Below, piece after piece: positions 60,611 to 64,000 of a stretch of 64,000 bases of DNA. Source of the stretch: Lachnospiraceae bacterium. Its GTDB lineage: Bacteria; Bacillota; Clostridia; Lachnospirales; Anaerotignaceae. Under the pieces are notes generated by a model. That model saw only the letters and a list, made by a program, of their open reading frames with translations, ran no database searches and was not told the DNA's origin. The stretch spans positions 48,150 to 112,149 of the forward strand of contig CAVGZD010000001.1 of the NCBI GenBank assembly GCA_963633805.1, in the 5' to 3' direction. The position numbers and the translations under genes were made by a program. Within the stretch, counting starts at the first letter, position 1, and the number at the start of each line of letters is the position of its first letter.

Positions 60611-60664
60611 CAGTTAGTTTTATCTAACTGATTCTGCTCCGCATGATGGTTAGCGAAAGCTAAC
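60611..60664. promoter_or_regulatory. Two GTTAG-N6-CTAAC palindromes upstream of the ABC pair
   Basis: CAGTTAGTTTTATCTAACTG 60611-60630 and GTTAGCGAAAGCTAAC 60649-60664. Confidence 0.55.
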
Positions 60665-60830
60665 AAATGTGCGCTGCATCGAAAAGTATTGCACGATCGT
60701 TGAATTTTTTTGTAGGCATTGCGCAGGCTTTCCTTTTCGGCGCATCTACTCCAAAATCTCCCCAAGCAGCCCTTGTGGGATACAGCACCTCAAAGCATTC
60801 ATACACCAAAGCAAAAAAGGAGGGATTCTC

Positions 60831-62603
60831 TTGAAAAAGCAATCAAATTTTGCGCGTCTGATGGATTATGCCGGCAGCCATCGGACGCTGACCTATCTTT
60901 CGTGGATTTTTTCCGCCGTCAGCGCGTTTCTGGCGCTTGTACCGTTCTGGTATATCTGGCGGATATTAGAGGAGGTCATTGCGGTCGTGCCGCAATACGA
61001 AAGGGCGGTGCATATCACGCATTATGGCTGGATGGCGGTGCTTTTTGCCGTCGTTTCCGTGCTGATCTACATTACGGGGCTGATGTGTTCGCATCTGTCA
61101 GCCTTCCGCGTAGCAACAAACCTGCGGCTGGCTATGATGAAGCATATCGCCACACTGCCGCTGGGGACGATCGAACAATTCGGCAGCGGCAAGCTGCGCC
61201 GCACGATCTCAGAAACCGCAGGGGCAACGGAAACCTATCTCGCGCATCGGCTGCCGGACAAGGCAAAGGCGATGGCGACCATCGTTGGGCTGCTTGCGCT
61301 GCTTCTGGCATTCGATTGGCGGCTGGGGCTTTTGAGCCTTGTCCCCGTTGCGCTGGGCTTTGCCGCCATGACGCGCATGACGGGAAAGGGCTTGCAGGAA
61401 AAAATGACGCAGTATCAGAATGCGCTGGCGGATATGTCCAATGAAGCGGTGGAATATGTGCGCGGCATCCCTGTTGTAAAAACCTTCGGGCAGACGGTGT
61501 TTTCCTTCAAAAAATTCAAGGCGACCATTGATAATTACGAGCGCTGGACGATCGCCTACACGAAGGAAATGCGCGGACCGATGTGCCTGTATACATTGGC
61601 GGTCAACAGCGTGTTCGTGTTCCTGATTCTTGGCGGCTTTTGGTTTTCGAAGGGGACGATCGAGCCAAAGCTGCTGCTGAATCTACTGTTTTACATCATT
61701 CTTACGCCTGTCATTTCGCTGACGCTGAGCAAGCTGATGTTTATGAGCGAAAACGGCATGATTGTGCAGGATGCGCTTGCCCGGATCGACAACGTGCTGG
61801 ACGCACCATCGCTTAGCCGGAGCGAAAAGCCGCGGCATCCCGAGGATAACGCGGTCAAGCTGGAGCATGTGACCTTCAGCTATGATGGGGAGAAAAATGC
61901 CTTGGAGGATGTTTCTCTTGCCATCGGCGCAGGGCGGATGGTGGCGTTCGTCGGTCCTTCGGGCGGCGGGAAATCGACGCTGGCAAGTCTGATCGCACGG
62001 TTTTTCGATCCGCAGGAGGGCAGCATTTCCATCGGCGGCGTGGATGTCAAGCAGATCGACAAAAAGGAACTGATGGACACAGTATCCTTTGTTTTCCAGA
62101 ATAGCCATCTGATTAAGGGCAGTATTTTGGATAACGTGCGCATGGGCAAGCCGAATGCCACGGAGGTGGAGGTTCTTGCCGCGCTCAAGGCGGCGCAGTG
62201 CATGGATATCATCGAAAAATTCCCGCAGGGCGTACATACCGTCATCGGCTCGCAGGGGATCTATCTCTCAGGCGGCGAGATGCAGCGCCTTGCCATTGCC
62301 CGCGCCATGCTGAAAAATGCGCCGATATTGATTTTGGATGAAGCCACCGCCTTTGCTGACCCAGATAACGAAACGAAGGTGCAGGCGGCATTTAACGAGC
62401 TGGCGAAGGGGCGTACGGTCATTCTGATCGCGCACCGTCTTTCCACCGTTGTCCATGCGGATCGCATTTTCGTTTTGCGGGAAGGGCGCATCGCGGAGAG
62501 CGGCACATTTGAAGAGCTGTCCGCGCAAAACGGTAGCCTGTTCGGCGAGATGTGGCGCGAATATCAGCAGTCTGTTCAATGGAAAGTGGCAAAGGAGGCG
62601 TGA
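60831..62603 (+). CDS. ABC transporter fused permease/ATPase (heterodimer subunit 1)
   Basis: TM domain plus GPSGGGKS, LSGGE.QR, LDEATA, IAHRL; TTG start after GGAGG. Confidence 0.95.
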   Translation: MKKQSNFARLMDYAGSHRTLTYLSWIFSAVSAFLALVPFWYIWRILEEVIAVVPQYERAVHITHYGWMAVLFAVVSVLIYITGLMCSHLSAFRVATNLRLAMMKHIATLPLGTIEQFGSGKLRRTISETAGATETYLAHRLPDKAKAMATIVGLLALLLAFDWRLGLLSLVPVALGFAAMTRMTGKGLQEKMTQYQNALADMSNEAVEYVRGIPVVKTFGQTVFSFKKFKATIDNYERWTIAYTKEMRGPMCLYTLAVNSVFVFLILGGFWFSKGTIEPKLLLNLLFYIILTPVISLTLSKLMFMSENGMIVQDALARIDNVLDAPSLSRSEKPRHPEDNAVKLEHVTFSYDGEKNALEDVSLAIGAGRMVAFVGPSGGGKSTLASLIARFFDPQEGSISIGGVDVKQIDKKELMDTVSFVFQNSHLIKGSILDNVRMGKPNATEVEVLAALKAAQCMDIIEKFPQGVHTVIGSQGIYLSGGEMQRLAIARAMLKNAPILILDEATAFADPDNETKVQAAFNELAKGRTVILIAHRLSTVVHADRIFVLREGRIAESGTFEELSAQNGSLFGEMWREYQQSVQWKVAKEA

Positions 62604-62606
62604 AAA

Positions 62607-64000
62607 ATGATTTCATATTTACAAAGACGTTTTGCGCTCTCGCATAAGGGCGCGGTCGATGCAGTCAAGGGCATCCTCTGCTGCGCACTGCAGAATATTT
62701 CCTTCATGCTGCCCGTTGGGCTGCTCTATCAGCTTGTGCGGGAACTGCTGGACGGCACGCTGAGTGCGGAGCGCATCCCGTTTTATATCATCGGCTGCAT
62801 TGCGGCGGCGGCATTGATCCTTGTCTGCACAAGGCTGCAATATGACGGCACCTTCCTGACGACCTATGTGGAAACGGGCGTGCGGCGGGTGAGCCTTGCG
62901 GAAAAGCTGCGGCGCATCCCGCTGTCCTTCTTCGGCAAGCGCGATCTGGCGGACCTGACTTCCTCCATCATGAATGACTGCGCCGTTCTGGAGCAGAGCC
63001 AATCCCATTTCGTCGGACCGCTGTTCGGGGCGATCCTTTCGACAACGCTGATTGCCGTCTCGACGCTGTTTTTCCATTGGAAGATGGCGCTGGCTGTGAT
63101 CTGGCCGCTGCCGATTGCCTTCGCTATCGTTGCGCTGGCATCCGATGTGCAGAAAAGGCTCTCGCGTCGGTCGATGGCGGCGAAGCTGGCATGTGAGGAC
63201 GGCATACAGGAATGCATGGAAAGCATGGCGGATCTGCGCGCCAACAACGCCGAGACGGAATATCTCTCCGGATTGGAGAAAAAAATCCGCGCGGTCGAGG
63301 GACGGGCAATCAAAAGCGAGCTGGGCACGGCGGCATTTGTGGTATCGGCGGGGCTGGTGCTGCGGCTGGGCATTGCGACGACGGCATTGGTCGGTGCGGC
63401 GCTGCTGGTTAAGGGTGAGCTGGACGTTCTGACCTTTTTCCTCTTTCTGCTGCTGGCTTCCCGCCTGTATGATCCGCTGGAAGGCTCTTTGCAGAATCTG
63501 GCGGGCATTATTGCGACGAATAGTAATATCGAGCGTATGAATGAGATTCTGGATTGCCCGATACAGACGGGCGAGGAAACGCTGAGTAATCAGGGCTGCG
63601 ATATTGTGTTCGACCATGTGGGCTTTTCGTATCAGGATGGCGAAACGGTGCTGAAGGACGTTTCCTTTACGGCGAAGCAGGGGCAGGTGACGGCGCTGGT
63701 CGGCCCTTCGGGCGGCGGCAAGACGACCGTTTCCCGTTTGGCGGCGCGTTTCTGGGATATCGACCGCGGGAAGATCAGCGTTGGCGGCATGGATATCTCC
63801 AAAATTGACCCGGAAAGGCTGATGAGCCTGTATTCCATCGTTTTTCAAGATGTTACGCTGTTTGGCAACTCCATTTTGGAGAACATCCGCATCGGTCGCA
63901 AGGATGCCACCGATGAAGAGGTCATTGCGGCGGCAAGGCTGGCGAATGTGGATCATTTTGCGGAGAAGCTGCCGGATGGCTGGCATGCCAATATCGGCGA
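62607..64000 (+). CDS. ABC transporter fused permease/ATPase (heterodimer subunit 2), runs off window
   Basis: AAGGAGG RBS, MISYLQRRFALS..., Walker A GPSGGGKT near 63701; absent from the ORF track because no stop falls inside the window. Confidence 0.93.
   Translation, partial: MISYLQRRFALSHKGAVDAVKGILCCALQNISFMLPVGLLYQLVRELLDGTLSAERIPFYIIGCIAAAALILVCTRLQYDGTFLTTYVETGVRRVSLAEKLRRIPLSFFGKRDLADLTSSIMNDCAVLEQSQSHFVGPLFGAILSTTLIAVSTLFFHWKMALAVIWPLPIAFAIVALASDVQKRLSRRSMAAKLACEDGIQECMESMADLRANNAETEYLSGLEKKIRAVEGRAIKSELGTAAFVVSAGLVLRLGIATTALVGAALLVKGELDVLTFFLFLLLASRLYDPLEGSLQNLAGIIATNSNIERMNEILDCPIQTGEETLSNQGCDIVFDHVGFSYQDGETVLKDVSFTAKQGQVTALVGPSGGGKTTVSRLAARFWDIDRGKISVGGMDISKIDPERLMSLYSIVFQDVTLFGNSILENIRIGRKDATDEEVIAAARLANVDHFAEKLPDGWHANIG

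Noticed and set aside
60765..60785. CCCTTGTGGG as an inverted partner of CCCACAAGGG at 54633
   Set aside because: Only 10 bp match over a 6-kb distance; compatible with chance

Overview
Chromosomal segment of a gut-type Clostridia bacterium; Lachnospirales/Anaerotignum-like is my guess from gene order and style, not a database result. Most of the window is core genome: the deoB 3' end, str operon (rpsL-rpsG-fusA-tuf), ttcA-xer-nudix, rel-dtd-hemZ-hisS, trkAH, rqcH-azlCD, the yloC-gmk-rpoZ-priA-def-fmt-rsmB-rlmN-prpC-prkC-rsgA-rpe-thiN cluster, lepA, spoIID-queA-rarA and T-box-pheST. Accessory parts are a sigma54-controlled operon (two class III CoA-transferases plus a BCCT transporter, with an adjacent enhancer-binding protein), an islet of small genes after lepA, and a LysR(frameshifted)-MATE-TetR-ABC/ABC module at the right end. 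The best candidates for undescribed biology are: (1) the sigma54 CoA-transferase/BCCT unit, which has a consensus -24/-12 promoter and four palindromic enhancer sites but no lyase or dehydrogenase; (2) a ~170-nt non-coding RNA candidate downstream of and convergent with trkH, with four C-rich anti-Shine-Dalgarno motifs and 11-bp-phased upstream boxes; (3) a family of ~80-165-bp palindromic intergenic repeats (5 copies), two of which sit inside the loops of bidirectional terminators; (4) a tandem pair of paralogous unknown small proteins inside the spoIID-queA operon. I saw no rRNA, tRNA, CRISPR array, transposase or prophage. All calls are by eye from motifs; no searches were run.
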